A stretch of DNA of 64,000 nucleotides from Lepidodermella squamata (Eukaryota; Animalia; Gastrotricha): NCBI GenBank assembly GCA_047495785.1, contig JBLDXI010000013.1:4526001-4590000 (forward strand), in the 5' to 3' direction. The notes below the pieces were generated by a model. It saw only the letters and a list, made by a program, of their open reading frames with translations, had not been told where the DNA came from and ran no database searches. Position numbers and translations under genes: made by a program. This document shows positions 1-12,143 of the stretch, one piece after another. The number at the start of each line of letters is the position of its first letter. The first letter of the stretch is position 1.

Positions 1-2758
1 TTCGCCCTTCCTTGGCCGACCAACCTTTCGCTTGATCACTTCTTTTGGCGATTTGGCTTCGTTTTGGGTTGATTTGGCTGCCTTACGCGGACGCCCAGGC
101 CCTCTTTTGAGCACGATCGGTTGCTCGACTACTTCGACTCGTTCAACAGGAAAGTTTTCAGCTGCAGGTGCTTGGGCTTCGATGGCTGAATCGACCGCCG
201 GAACTGAGTTCGAATTGTCCGACAGGAGAAGATCGTCGCGCGGTCGGGTTGGCTCGTCACGCAAGCCGAAAACGTGCTTTTCACGAAGGCGTTTCAGTGC
301 AGCCAGCTCGGCCTTGTTCAACTTGGGAACATGCAGGGGTCGCACGCTTTTCTTCTTCCTTCCATCACCCCACTGAGCTTCCTCCTTTCCAATAGGAACT
401 TTGCGGTTTTTCTTCGCGTTGTTGTCAACAGCCTTTTTAACGAGCCGATTCGCCGTCGCTTTCTTCAGTTGCGCCAACCGCTCGACAGCCTCTTTAACCA
501 GGCCATAAGAAGCTTTCTGAGTGTCTCGAAGAGTCAGCGATGGCGTGCGCCGACCCAATTTCTTACCAACAAGGGAGTGCTTGTAGGTCCGAATGTGCGA
601 TTCCAGTGCAGCTTGGCTTAATCGCCCAGAAAAACACGCCGGAAGATGCGATTTGATGTAAAGTGCTTGCCACATCATCATAAATGGTATGAATTGAGCC
701 TTATCCGTCAAAGTTTCGACAACTTTTCGGCATTTGAATTCATTGTTCTTTCCACCATCGACACGAACGAGTTTAGCTTCAACCGAGGCTTGTTTCTCGA
801 GGAAGACTGCCGTCAAGGGAGACATTTTCGAATATTTCTGAGGCATCGAAACGGGCTGATACACTGGAATATCATCATTCTCCTCAGATTCATCTTCAGC
901 TTCACTTCTGACCTCGGCAGTTTCATCCACCTCGTCCTTGTCGTCGATGTGGTCGAAACTTTCTAGTTCCATTTGCAGCCACAGTTCGTTGATGCGATCG
1001 CGGCCTCTTACGGCATCGACCTCGAATTCGGCGCAGAATATGACGACAATAGCTCGCCAAATTTCGAAAATCTGTTCTTTGGTGCACCCGGCTTGAAGAA
1101 CTCCGAAACACTTCAGCGCCAGCTTTCGGACATCTTTCTTGACACCTTTCTCCTTTAGATACCTTGAAAGGTCGTGCATCAGATGGTTAATGCAGAAGAT
1201 GACCAGAGTTCCATAAGTCTGCAATGATTTGGCGTCTTTTGGAGCTTCGATGAACAGACGAGCTCGGCTGATAACGTAAGCTCTCACATTCACCTCGCAA
1301 AATGTGGCCACTACGGCGTGAAGCTCAGCGAAACAGCAGTCGATCACGATTACTCTTGGCATTTTAGCTGTGCTGTGAGCCTTTTCGACTGCGGATCTCC
1401 AGTTCTTCAAAAGAAAAATAGCATTTAGGGAAACCCATGTTTTCTATCGGAAGTCGAATGTTTACCTTGAGGAAAATTTGAATTCGGTCGCCAGTTTGCT
1501 CTGACGAAATCAACTCAGCAACAGGATAACCTAGAGACTTGCCATTGACCGTTGTAGGCAGCAAGGCATAGTAGAAAACCCGTTTTCCAGATTCGAAATC
1601 GAGCTTCCATATGCCACCAGTGGCATCCAGAACGCAAATCACGTAACCATGCTTCATAGCTTCAAAGAACAGCTCTATTGATAAGTCGAAGTAGAGAATA
1701 GCACCCATCGGATCCTAAATTTATGGAGATATAAGTCTAGCACAGAAAAATCATTAATAGTCTTACCAGAGCAAGTCGAATGTAAGGTCTCGCGTCAGCT
1801 TTCTGCTCGGCTTTGAGTTTAATCAGGTCGATGAAGGGATCAGCATCAGCTCTTCCAGCTATACGTAAATAAATCATAACTATTAATTAACTCTTTTGCT
1901 ATTAATGCTTTACCCAAATTGATCTTTTCGGATTGAATTTTCTGCAAAACAGAAAGATCAGGGACTTCTTTTCTAGGCATTTCCCCCATCATTTCGCCAT
2001 GCAACTTTTTCGCTGTCGTCTTCTTGAGCTCTTCGGCCATTTCATCGCGTTTTGCGCCGGAAATCTTTTCAACTCGAGGCTCTCCGTCATGATTGAAGGT
2101 TCCTTCCAGTTTAAATAGATAAATGGGTGTTCAAAAACTCTGTAATTACTACCTGAAACAACTTTAAGCTCGAAATTGAGAAAGCCAGAAGTATGCCCGT
2201 CCAAATCACAGTGAAATACGAACTTTCGGCACTTGGAATATTGGCACTCGCCGTTCCCAGTTGCTATTCGTGTGCCCTGGGAAATGCCATGAGTATCGAA
2301 GAAGATGCGACACCCCGTGACTGGCTTGGAAGTGTCGCGCAGAATTTGAGCCCAGCCTTCGTCAAATTTGAATTTCATGCGGGGTTTGCCGTTTCGGAGT
2401 GTTCCGCTTCTCTTTGCAACCGGGTTGAACGTCTCCGTAAATGGTACTTTGACAACGAACTGCTCAGCAGGTGGCAATTGGTTGCGTTGTTCGAGTGCTT
2501 CGAGGTGTTTCGAAGTACCACCGCCTCCTTTCTTACGCATCTCTTCGCGATACCGTTCGTAAGCACACTTCCTGTGATCCCAATCTTCGACCTTATACAG
2601 CTGCTTGCTGACAAAGGCCCATACAGAATCTTCATCTCGCCCTGGAGGGATAAAGGGAAAAATAAAACAAATCTGCATAGCCCCGCTCTTTACTTACACG
2701 ATAGGTTCAGTTCTCTCCAGTTGGCAAGTTTTGACAAAACTTCTTCAGCTGTTGTCAT
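1..2758 (-). CDS. MULE/Mutator-like (NOF-FB-related) DDE transposase, 6 exons, 3' end beyond window
   Basis: Hand-spliced exons 2758-2698, 2641-2153, 2102-1914, ~1858-1767, 1714-1467, ~1405-<1, joined by short GT-AG introns. The last exon has no stop in the window, so it is absent from the ORF track. Motifs: LDATGG, PVAELISSEQTGDRIQIFL, VIVIDCCFAELHAV, CINH, AALESHIR and C-terminal AT-hook-like GPGRPRK and VGRPRK. Confidence 0.8.
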
Positions 2759-3003
2759 TTTCGAGATGGCAGAGAAATGACTGAGGCGTTGGTTTACTTG
2801 AACTCACTGAAATTCGCGCGCTAAATCTTATCCATATGCTACCTTAATGTCAATACGACTGGAAATAGTGTCATCTGGACAGCTTTAAGTCAACTTTTAA
2901 ATCGCAGATTTTCAAACTTTGTTTGTGGTCAGTATGCCTTGATGGACGCTGGGCATCACATGTCTATATATTCTTTAAATGTGCTCGTCTTGGCAAATCG
3001 AAT

Positions 3004-3184
3004 GGTGTATTGGCAGGGTGGGCCGCTGACAAGTGGGCCGCCAACTTCTAAAAATTCCGGTAAAATAGAAGTTGGCGGCCCACCCCCCAGCGGCCCACCT
3101 CTGGAAGATGGTGGTCATTGTAAAAAATGTCTAGAAAAATTCTGCAACATGAATACTACAACGAGATGACTTGGCAGATACACC
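3004..3184. mobile_element. small palindromic MITE-like element
   Basis: Imperfect termini GGTGTATTGGCA / TGGCAGATACACC. Internal 16-bp inverted repeat GGGCCGCCAACTTCTA / TAGAAGTTGGCGGCCC. Flanks aatcgaat / aatcggac resemble a decayed TSD. Confidence 0.45.
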
Positions 3185-3372
3185 AATCGGACGATAAAAG
3201 GTGGCCGCTATCAATTGAAAAAAATGGGCCGCTAACTTCAGCCACGTAATTTTGGCGTATTCATGTTTGCAAAAAGTAATTCGGGAGTAATCAATCTTGT
3301 TCTTCAATTTTGACATGAATTTTTAAGATCAAGCCTCGCCGAACATTTTAGATATTTTTGTGTCACCCCTAG

Positions 3373-6028
3373 GTCATCAACCGATTTCCGAATCGAAATC
3401 TGTCGAACCTGTCCCCAGAAGAGTTGAATTCGCCGACTCTCGCCCGGCTGTTAGCTGCCCGGATCCGCTCAACCGGAGCCATGACGGTTGCTGAATTCAT
3501 GCGCGAAAGCCTCATCAACCCTCAGCATGGTTATTATTCGCGGAAAGAAGCTTTTATTGGGCCGGATGGGTCGAAGGAGAGCTCAGATTTCATCACATCG
3601 CCCGAAATCAGTTCGATTTTTGGCGAGTTGATCGCTGTTTGGATTGTGCATCAGATTCAACAGCAAACGCAAGGCGCGCCGGTGAAACATGCCATCGATC
3701 TGGTCGAATTAGGACCTGGCACTGGTATCATGATGAGCGATATGTTGAAGGTAAATACGAAAACATGCATTTTATTTTCAATTTCAAGTTATGGGTTATG
3801 GCATTCAGCGGGCCCTTCTTTTTGAATCATATATCCGCATTGTGTTTCTAAGCGGAAACACTCTCTTCCTACCTTCTTCTGAAATGATACGTTTCCACAA
3901 AGTGAGAATGGAAAAATTATTTCTGAACTAGAAATTGAGTGTAAATTTGTCCAAAGCCATGTATCATTTCATGTCTCCGGTGAGCACTTGATGAGCATAG
4001 GTTATATCGAGTGTTCAACACCGTTGTGCATCGTTGATGTTGATCATTAGTCACTAGTTTAGGTACCGGTTGAGCTCATGGAGTACCAGTACCGTTGAAT
4101 AACCTGTCTTGGCTAAAAACCATATAAAGCAATGAGAGAGCTTCATCAAGACTCGCGTATGCTGAGCACCAGAGTAAAACAGCTCTTGAAGGGCCGCCAC
4201 ATTCATGACCATGATATCGTACATCGAACGGGCTGTCTTACAGAGAGTTGTGTATCCGAATTTAGTGCACATTCGCGTAGTAACATTCCGACCACAATAA
4301 ACAACAATTATCACTAGCGAGGTCAAGGGTCAAGTCAACGGCGTGACAGGATAAAATGAATGAAAAAACGTTGACAAGACCCAACCGATCTGCGCGATCC
4401 GTGCGATCTGACCATTTGATGGGTGCATTTGAGCCCCCTAAGCCCCCTGAAATTTAAGTCGGCTTCTCGTGATATTTCGTATGATCAAGATTAGAAATCA
4501 TGGTTCCTAAAAAGCTCAACCTGCGCCTGTCCTTATAGTTCCTTAGGGACACGGTCCTGTTGAATGACCACAGTTGCAACACGACCGGGCTGATTGCGAT
4601 CTTTCAAATCACCTGTTCTCTGGAATTTGCTAGCCCGTGAAATGGTGAAATGGTGAAATGGTCGAGCCCGGATACTTTGCTTTGTGAATCCTTTTTACTT
4701 TATGGGCGGTTTTGTTGTTCGTGAAATATAGCATTCGCTCAAGAAATAGGCTTTGTAAATGATGGACGAGGGAGTCGTTTCAGATCACCGCCTTTCAGTC
4801 GTGGCGTTGCCACGTGCAGATTGAGAGTATTCACGATGGCACTTCGGCTCAACTGTTGACAGAAACGGTCGAAAAATCGCAGGATTACCTTTTCTTTGGG
4901 CTCCTAGACTATTTCGACCAGCTGAAATTTATAGAAAACACGGTGTTCAAATATAGCTAAAGTATTACTATGCGAACGCCCTTTCAAATGTCATGGAATG
5001 CTCACGTTTTACTGATTGTTTGAAATTTCTGCTCCGTGTTAGACGATAGCAAAATTGGCTACGGCAAGCCCTGTGACGAAAGCGGAATGGAACGTGCACA
5101 TGGTTGAGGCGAGCCCGAAATTGACCGAAGTGCAGCGTGGCAATTTGACCACGCAAGAACTGGCCGAAAACTTTCCTCGCATTCAATGGCACGATCACTT
5201 TGAATCCGCATTTCGAGCTCTGGCAAGCAATGACAACAACGCGAATGTGTTCATTGGGCACGAATTTCTCGACGCGTTGCCGATTCATAAATTCCAGAGG
5301 GTGGAAGCAGGCGGCAAGCAGGAGCAGGGCTGGCGCGAAGTTCTCGTCGATTTGGTCGAAGATAAGCCCGGCGATTTGGATCCAAAATTTCGCTACGTTC
5401 TCGCACGCGGCCCAACACCGGCCTCTATCGCCTTTCAGGTGGGTAGAATCGCTTTCATAGTCCCGTGATCATTTAAATTTTCATTCATCACTTTTCATGG
5501 ATATTTTTAAAGCCAGCGGCGGGCGATAATCGAAAGCATGTGGAAGTGTGCCCGCAAGCTGTTCGCTTCGTAGACCGCATCGCTCGGTTGATTGCGTCAC
5601 GCAAGAGTGGCCTCGCCCTGTTCGCCGACTACGGCCATAACGGCGAAGGTGAAGACACGTTCCGAGCCTATTCGGCCTCGAAGCAGGTCGAACCGCTGTC
5701 GATCGATCCCGGTTCTAGCGACCTGACGGCTGATGTTGACTTTTCAAGCGTAGCCGCGACTGTTAGCCGGGTGAAGGGTGTCAGAGCGGTGGGACCGATC
5801 ACGCAGCGCGAATTTCTCGTCAATATGGGGTTCCTTCAGCGACTGGAGGTACTGCTGAAAAACTGCCGCGAAAAGAAAGACGCCGAGGGACGGAAACGGC
5901 TGCTGGGCCAGGCGGAATTTTTGCTGTCGGACAAGCATATGGGAGATCGGTTCAAATTCATGGCGATTTTGCCGGAAAGTGCAGATCCACAGCAGCAGAA
6001 TGTTGCAGGATTTTCGCGGCTATGGTAG
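3373..6028 (+). CDS. NDUFAF7: Mitochondrial protein arginine methyltransferase NDUFAF7 (complex I assembly factor); start exon not visible
   Basis: In-frame exons 3373-3750, 5043-5438, 5513-6028 with GT/AG boundaries. Motifs MTVAEFMRESLINPQHGYY, DFITSPEISSIFGELIAVW, VELGPGTG, HEFLDALPIHKFQ, DYGH, DLTADVDF, MGDRFKF. AATAAA at 6081. Confidence 0.93.
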
Positions 6029-7324
6029 CGATTTAATATTTGGGAAGAACTTTAGTTTTGTTGCCATTGATATTTTTGAAAATAAAAAATTTAAATTTAA
6101 ATATTTTTGTTTTATTATCAAGAGAAAAAGCTCAGCTGAAAACTAGAACTTTCGAGTCAATTACACTGCCAGCTAATTCAGGGCTGCTGCCAGAGTTGAA
6201 GTCTTTCCAGTAGAGGCGCTCGGTATTTGTTTCGTTAGCCACGCCGTTGAGGTTGGCGGTTCGCGAGCAATCGTCATTTGAATCTGGATCATCAAAACAA
6301 TATCAGATGCTTGAGGCTCAAGTCGGCCGGATTGGCATTATCGAAGTCGCATTCCTGAATTCGACGATTCCAAACGTGGAAATGGGTATAACTAGACTTA
6401 TCCAATCCTTTGGGACGCAAGAGAAAAAATTGGGTCATCGGGTAGCCCCAGAATTTCAAGCTCATTCGTTCGGAAAATGAATCGAAAGCGGACTAGGGAG
6501 TCTGCGCACTAATCTCAACTTCAGGCATTTTTCAATGAAAATTGGTGTAAGAAAATTGAGTTTTCTAATACACAAATTTCAACGCATGGAAAGTCTAGAA
6601 AATTGTATAGGGTCTTACTTTTAGCGGAACCGAATTTTGGAATTTTCAATGGGTCTTAAACCACTCTTCCTTTCCCATCCTTCACTATAGAATTCCTACT
6701 TACACTGTTAAATTATATACGGGTTTTGGCCATTTTAAATTGTCATTAACATTTTGTAAAAAAAAGTGGACCTGTTTTGTTACGCCTATTGTAACGTTAC
6801 AAGATAACGTTACTTACACCGCCTGGTACCGTTTCAAGAAGTCGTATCTACTCATTTGAAAATGCTTTATTATTAACGTTTCACCTCTCACTTTCGGTTT
6901 CGCGCCACTCAGCCGTTAAGATTAAATGCATTTCGGCATTCACTCTCAACAGCTAAGTTATACGCGATACCAAAAGGGGAAAAAAATGAAAGCAATTGCA
7001 AACAAGAGACATGTAATGAATAGATGACATGACATCTCACTTCGCCCAAAAACCAAACATCACAACAAGCTCAGGGTGCACTGTAAAAATTTGAACGACT
7101 TTTTACTATATGAAAAAATAGTTACAGCTTAGCATTACAAAAGTACAGTAGAAGCCATTGCATAAGGCAATACGAAAAGCCGTTGTGTAACTGTTAATTT
7201 CCCGTAGCGGTGCTCACCTCTTTGTAACGCTTTTAAAACCCATTACGACCGCGCGACACCCGTTTCTGACTTTCTGACTTTATTTATTTATTTATGACAA
7301 TATAAGGGGGTATTATGAGCAATA

Positions 7325-7504
7325 CAGGGTGGCCAAAAAATTCCTCAGAGCGGGAATTCGCTGCACATCGATTTAATGAGGAGTTTTAAGAAGTTGAAGA
7401 ATTTCAAGCATTCTTTTGCCAATGGAACTCCTCAATTTCTTGAAACTCCTCATTAAAATGACGCGCAGCGAATTCCCGCTCTGCGGAATTTTTTGGCCAC
7501 CCTG
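7325..7504. mobile_element. Tc1/mariner-type MITE
   Basis: TA|CAGGGTGGCCAAAAAATTCC...GGAATTTTTTGGCCACCCTG|TA. The arms are palindromic over about 80 bp. Confidence 0.9.
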
Positions 7505-7699
7505 TATTAGCTGAAGATATCAAAGTAATCAAAATGCAAAAATCAAAATAATTTGAAAGATTTTCTACGATCAACCAAGTATAAATAAGCGCAAGAGACG
7601 TGTCGCAAAGTAACGCATAACGATACAAAGTTGAGGAATTTATGAAAGTATGTAGGCATCGCAGGCACAGTCAGAATAAAATAGTAAAGTAAGCAAATT

Positions 7700-8302
7700 C
7701 CGTTTGCATTGCTTCCGCAGCAGCAGTGTCTTCACAGGCCTTTTCGCCGGGGGCTTCGTCTTCTTGTTCTTTCGAGCCGAGTCACTCGCAGCCAGGCACG
7801 ATGCACGATGACTTCCATCTTCACCATCTTATAAACTTCACTCGATATTCGAGCACCATACAGGCTCCAGAAAAACAATACCTGAAAAACAATAAGAATG
7901 TTTAGCTGCAGACAACTAACATGAGGGAACTCTTACCGTAATTCCTACTGCTTCACAAGTTTTATGATTTAAGGGACGAGGTCGGCTAAGGGTTCGAACC
8001 TCTCCCAACTCGACAGCCGAGACTTTTCTTTGCCCACCCTGTTAATAGCAAATATAGATTCCCATTCATGAGCATTAAGTCTCCTCTTACCTGCTGAGCC
8101 AGCGTAGTAGTTTCGAGCCATTTGAACATTCACAATTGTCATGTGCTGAGACAGCCATCGGAACTTGAAACCGTTGACAATTTGCCGAGTTTCTAGCTGA
8201 AATAGTACAATTAGTTTTGATAACTTCAGCATGGGCATAATTACCTTGAGAATCATTGTCGCACTTCGCACTTCAGAAACACCCTCCAATCGGCCGTTTA
8301 AT
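7700..8302 (-). pseudogene. decayed multi-exon gene remnant inside CACTA-like element 2
   Basis: Chain of ~50-bp segments bounded by GTAAG/GTAAT and CAG on the minus strand (near 8245-8197, 8090-8039, 7936-7882), separating exon-like blocks that contain stops. No protein family recognised. Confidence 0.3.
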
Positions 8303-8480
8303 CTAACAGAAAATTAAAAGTAAAATTTCGCAACTAGACATACAACAAATCTTTAATCACTCACGATATTGAAGAAATCAATGATGAGTGTTGAGCAAAA
8401 TTCAATAACTTATGCTTTCTAGCCAGCGAACTTTATGATATGAATGGCGACGACAAGTAATAATTAACGTATGTTGTAAG

Positions 8481-9260
8481 CATAGATAAATAAAAAAGAT
8501 AGATCTGACACGCTAGTACATTTATGTGTGCCGAAGTGATTCATCAAGAGTTTTTGCTTTCTGGTCGCGTGACCTGAAAATCACTTGTCAACATCACTAT
8601 AAAAAATACGGCATAATCAACGCAAGTGACAAGTGATTTCGGGTGGCTACTTCACCTCAATATATCTCAAAACACACCCCCTTCGATTTTCTCGAAAATA
8701 ATAGGAAATGTTGATCTCACCTTCAACTCAATGCTTGTCAAGCCGGAATTTCCGGCCAGGGAATTGTTTTTGGTAGAAAAATTCTGAAAGAAGCACGTTT
8801 CCGCGCAGTGATTATTATTGCTTTTTCTAGCTTTGTGCAAAAAATCGCCTGATGAATCACGGCGTCATCTGCAATAATTATGATTCACGCCACCAAAATA
8901 AACTAGCGATCAGCCCAGCGCCATTAAATTGATTGCTGAAATGTGGAAGGTTTGAAAAATTCTAGAAAATTAACGGAAGGCCGGCCGCAAATTCGGAAAA
9001 AATGTAGATATGGCTCAAGTTTGATACTTCAAAATAAAATTAGTTCGGAGAAAATCGAAGGGGGTGTGTTTTGAGATAAATTGAGGTGAAGTAGCCACCC
9101 GAAATCACTTGTCACTTGCGTTGATTATGCCGTATTTTTTATAGTGATGTTGACAAGTGATTTTCAGGTCACGCGATCAAGAAGCAAAAACTCTTGATGA
9201 ATCATTTCGGCACACATAAATGTACTAGCGTGTCAGATCTATCTTTTTTATTTATCTATG
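8481..9260. mobile_element. foldback non-autonomous element with ~213-bp TIRs (CATAG termini, P-superfamily-like)
   Basis: Arms 8481-8693 and 9048-9260 are near-perfect inverted repeats. Exact 8-bp TSD GTTGTAAG at 8473-8480 and 9261-9268. Confidence 0.92.
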
Positions 9261-11207
9261 GTTGTAAGTAATGTGGCTTGCTAGTGTGCGCGCGTGCCTT
9301 ATTTTATTACCCCTAATAATGCGAACCGCCGACCCAAAAATGCGTGCCGTCCGTTGCACGTTGCACATTTCAAATTTTTCCAATTGGCAATTTTTCCGGG
9401 AGGCATTACACCGAATCGTTACAGGAACCGTTATCGGAACCATTACGATCTTGTAATTGCTTTCGCAACGATAAGTCGAGTCTCACAACTGGAGAAAGCG
9501 TGACAACAACGATAATTAACAGACTTTTTTCGTGCGACGACTGTTGTAATTATTTATTTAGCATTGTAATTGTTTTTTGGCTAAACCCCCGCCAGCAAAA
9601 CCCGTGCAAATTTTTACAGTGTGACACAAAACTAATGAAAGATAGCTACTTAATATATCAGCAGCTCAAAACGCGAACAGTATAACAAACATAGTTCACG
9701 TGCGAAAAACAAAAACATGCGAGCTAAGTCACCTGACAGAAGATGTAGGTACTTTTAAAAGCGCGGTGCAGGGTGCAGCTCAGCCTTGCTAGTGAAATTC
9801 GATTCGGGGTAATTGCAAACGCCATTGCAAACGCCAGGTAGCGGGAACCAAACCAACTTAGTAAACCAAAGTAAATTAAAGAATTTTCAGTGATGATTTC
9901 TAACTTATACCTCTAATCGAAGTCTCTGCCGACATTGCCTGCCCATTCTGTATCCCATTCTGTATAAAAAAGCGTAAGAGTCACTTGCAAGGACAGAATG
10001 AGTTAAGTACTTGCCTTGATTTTGAAAAAAACGCGATCGAAACTGCGGCGATATGGTGGAAAACAACCGGTTTGCCTTGCAGCTTGGACATAAAAGCAAT
10101 GAGAAAAATTAGTATTAGTTCACCCTCGTAGAAACTGAGATAAACATACGTTCAGTTCGCGCCAGCCCGATTGAATTAGCGATTCACAGCTGAAGGCAAA
10201 TTAGGCAAAAAATATCTAAGATGATAAAACGATCAAATTTGAGGGGAAAGATGAATAAAAGTTTTTGAATGATCAAGAGTTCTAGATAACTTGTTCACCT
10301 AGAGGCAGAAATCTAGATAGAAATGTAAGTGAAAAGTTGGAAAGTGTTAGAAAGTAACCGATAATTGCTAATATTCGTTCCATTTAAGGAGCTCATTGTT
10401 GTTAATGCAATGTTCAAGTTGTTCATTTTGGTGAAAGAAAATTGTTTTATTATCGTTAGTATGTGCCTTCTTCTCTTGAAGTAATTAAATTTTACGTTTC
10501 TTTCCGCAATGAAAGCGGATCTTCGGTCGCGTGACAACAAATTTTACGTTAATTTCGGTCGAAAAAGTGTATCATCGGCTGTGCATCGGTAAATTTTACG
10601 TTTCTTTGCGCAGCTCTACTCAAACGCCCTCGGAAAAGTCATAGAAAATTTAAGAGTGTAGCTTTAATTTCATGGAAACATTTGAAAAGTGACCTTTTGC
10701 TTATCCAAAAATAGGATCCGCATCATGCGGATTTGGTTCCGCTAAAAAAGACATTCTGAATTTTATAATATTGTAAATTTTCTAATTTTATTAATTTAGC
10801 TATCAAAATAATTAAAAACGAATTTCCCTCAAATTTCGAAAATTTAGCTTAGTATGGATTGAAACGGATAAAACGACCGGCTTTCATTTCACAGAAAACT
10901 GCTGCGCCGTGACCCAATTTTTGACACGTATCTACAAAAAGTTCGGTTAAATGGAAATTTTATTAACTGATCAGTTAAAACATGTAAACAATCGAATACT
11001 TTCAGTTACGCAGATCCCAGCATGTAGACATTTCCTCCCATTATAAGGGGTTTAACTATAGATACAAAATGAGCACAAACGCTATATAAAATCGAGGTGA
11101 AAAGTACCAAGCATGAAGGGATAAACGGGAGATATGAGTATAATAATGTATAATTCAGAATATTGAGCAAGTCAAGCGAGGAATACCCGGCCATTTTGCA
11201 TTCAAGC

Positions 11208-12143
11208 TTAATCGTTGCTTCCATCTTCCAGGACGAATAGGAAGTCGCCTCCAACTACAAACGATAGCTGCTCAGGTTCAGTGACGCCCGACTGGTCCGC
11301 AGAAGCCTTCGTCTCGGCCACGTCGCCACCAGGTACCTGTATCATAAAAGAGAATGAGATGAGATGAATAAAATGAACGAAGTTGAAAAAACTAGCTTCT
11401 ATCGGTGAAGCGTTTTTTATTTCAGCAATCGCGAGTTTCTCAACAGGTTCTATGACGCCCGACTGGTCTGGAGGTGGACACTTCTCGTCAGCATTGCCAG
11501 CATTTTTGAAAGCAGGAGCTGAATCGGCATCATCGATAATTTCAACCTTGTACTCTGATTTAGCAATTACCGCGGGAGGTTTAACGACCTGGAAAACATC
11601 CACCCATTATAATAAAGACCAAGAAGTAATTGACTTAGAGGGCAAACCTTCACGAGTGACGGCGTGTAAAAATTTACGGGACCGAGACATTTGATCACTC
11701 CTTCGAACACAGACCAGGTGACTGGCAGGCGTTCCGGCTTGAACAACCATGAAGGCGGTTCGACAGATGGATCGCGGTGATACGATTCGCCCCATACCCA
11801 CATATTTCCCAAGTTGGTAACAGCAATCGAGGTGTCGCCGACAGCTAGGACTTGAACAAATTTCGTGTTGGAAAAGTAGCCCAGATTAGGTAGCAAGCGA
11901 CCGTCGTCCCAGGATGTGAGCTGCCCGTGGTTATTTTCGCCCCATCCAAATATTTGACCTGATTCGTTAAGGGCCAGAGTATGACTAGTTCCACTTGAAA
12001 TGTTTGTTATCGATGCGTGCTCAATCTGGAAAATTCACAATTTAATGAACAAATTTAATACGATATTTGCGAAATTACCTGCTTCATTTTCGAGGAATCG
12101 GTCGAGTAGATATTGCTTAATTTATCGACGGCATAGGTAGCGT
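11208..12143 (-). pseudogene. 5'-truncated copy of RCC1-like gene A
   Basis: Matches 17462-18397. Breaks inside coding exon 2 and has no start exon. Confidence 0.85.

Larger units (their letters stand above)
7079..9621. mobile_element. CACTA/EnSpm (CMC)-like non-autonomous element 2
   Basis: TIR CACTGTAAAAATTTGAACG versus reverse complement CACTGTAAAAATTTGCACG (18/19). 2-bp TG duplication on both flanks. Confidence 0.7.
6703..10658. mobile_element. CACTA/EnSpm (CMC)-like non-autonomous element 1
   Basis: CACTGTTAAATTATATACG versus reverse complement CACTCTTAAATTTTCTATG (15/19), with TA on both flanks. Subterminal AAATTTTACGTT repeats at ~10487, 10538 and 10590. Confidence 0.5.
6612..10752. 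mobile_element. outermost decayed TIR element of the nested cluster
   Basis: GTCTTACTTTTAGCGGAACCGAAT (~6612) is an imperfect inverted match to ATTTGGTTCCGCTAAAAAAGAC (~10731-10752). The same GGTTCCGCTAAAA motif recurs near 41903. True ends are uncertain. Confidence 0.4.

Noticed and set aside
32-2780. Plus-strand ORFs over the first 2.8 kb
   Set aside because: Antisense shadows of the minus-strand transposase.
9252-10540. Short ORFs repeated three times
   Set aside because: They lie in TE-derived non-coding DNA and recur only because of the triplication.
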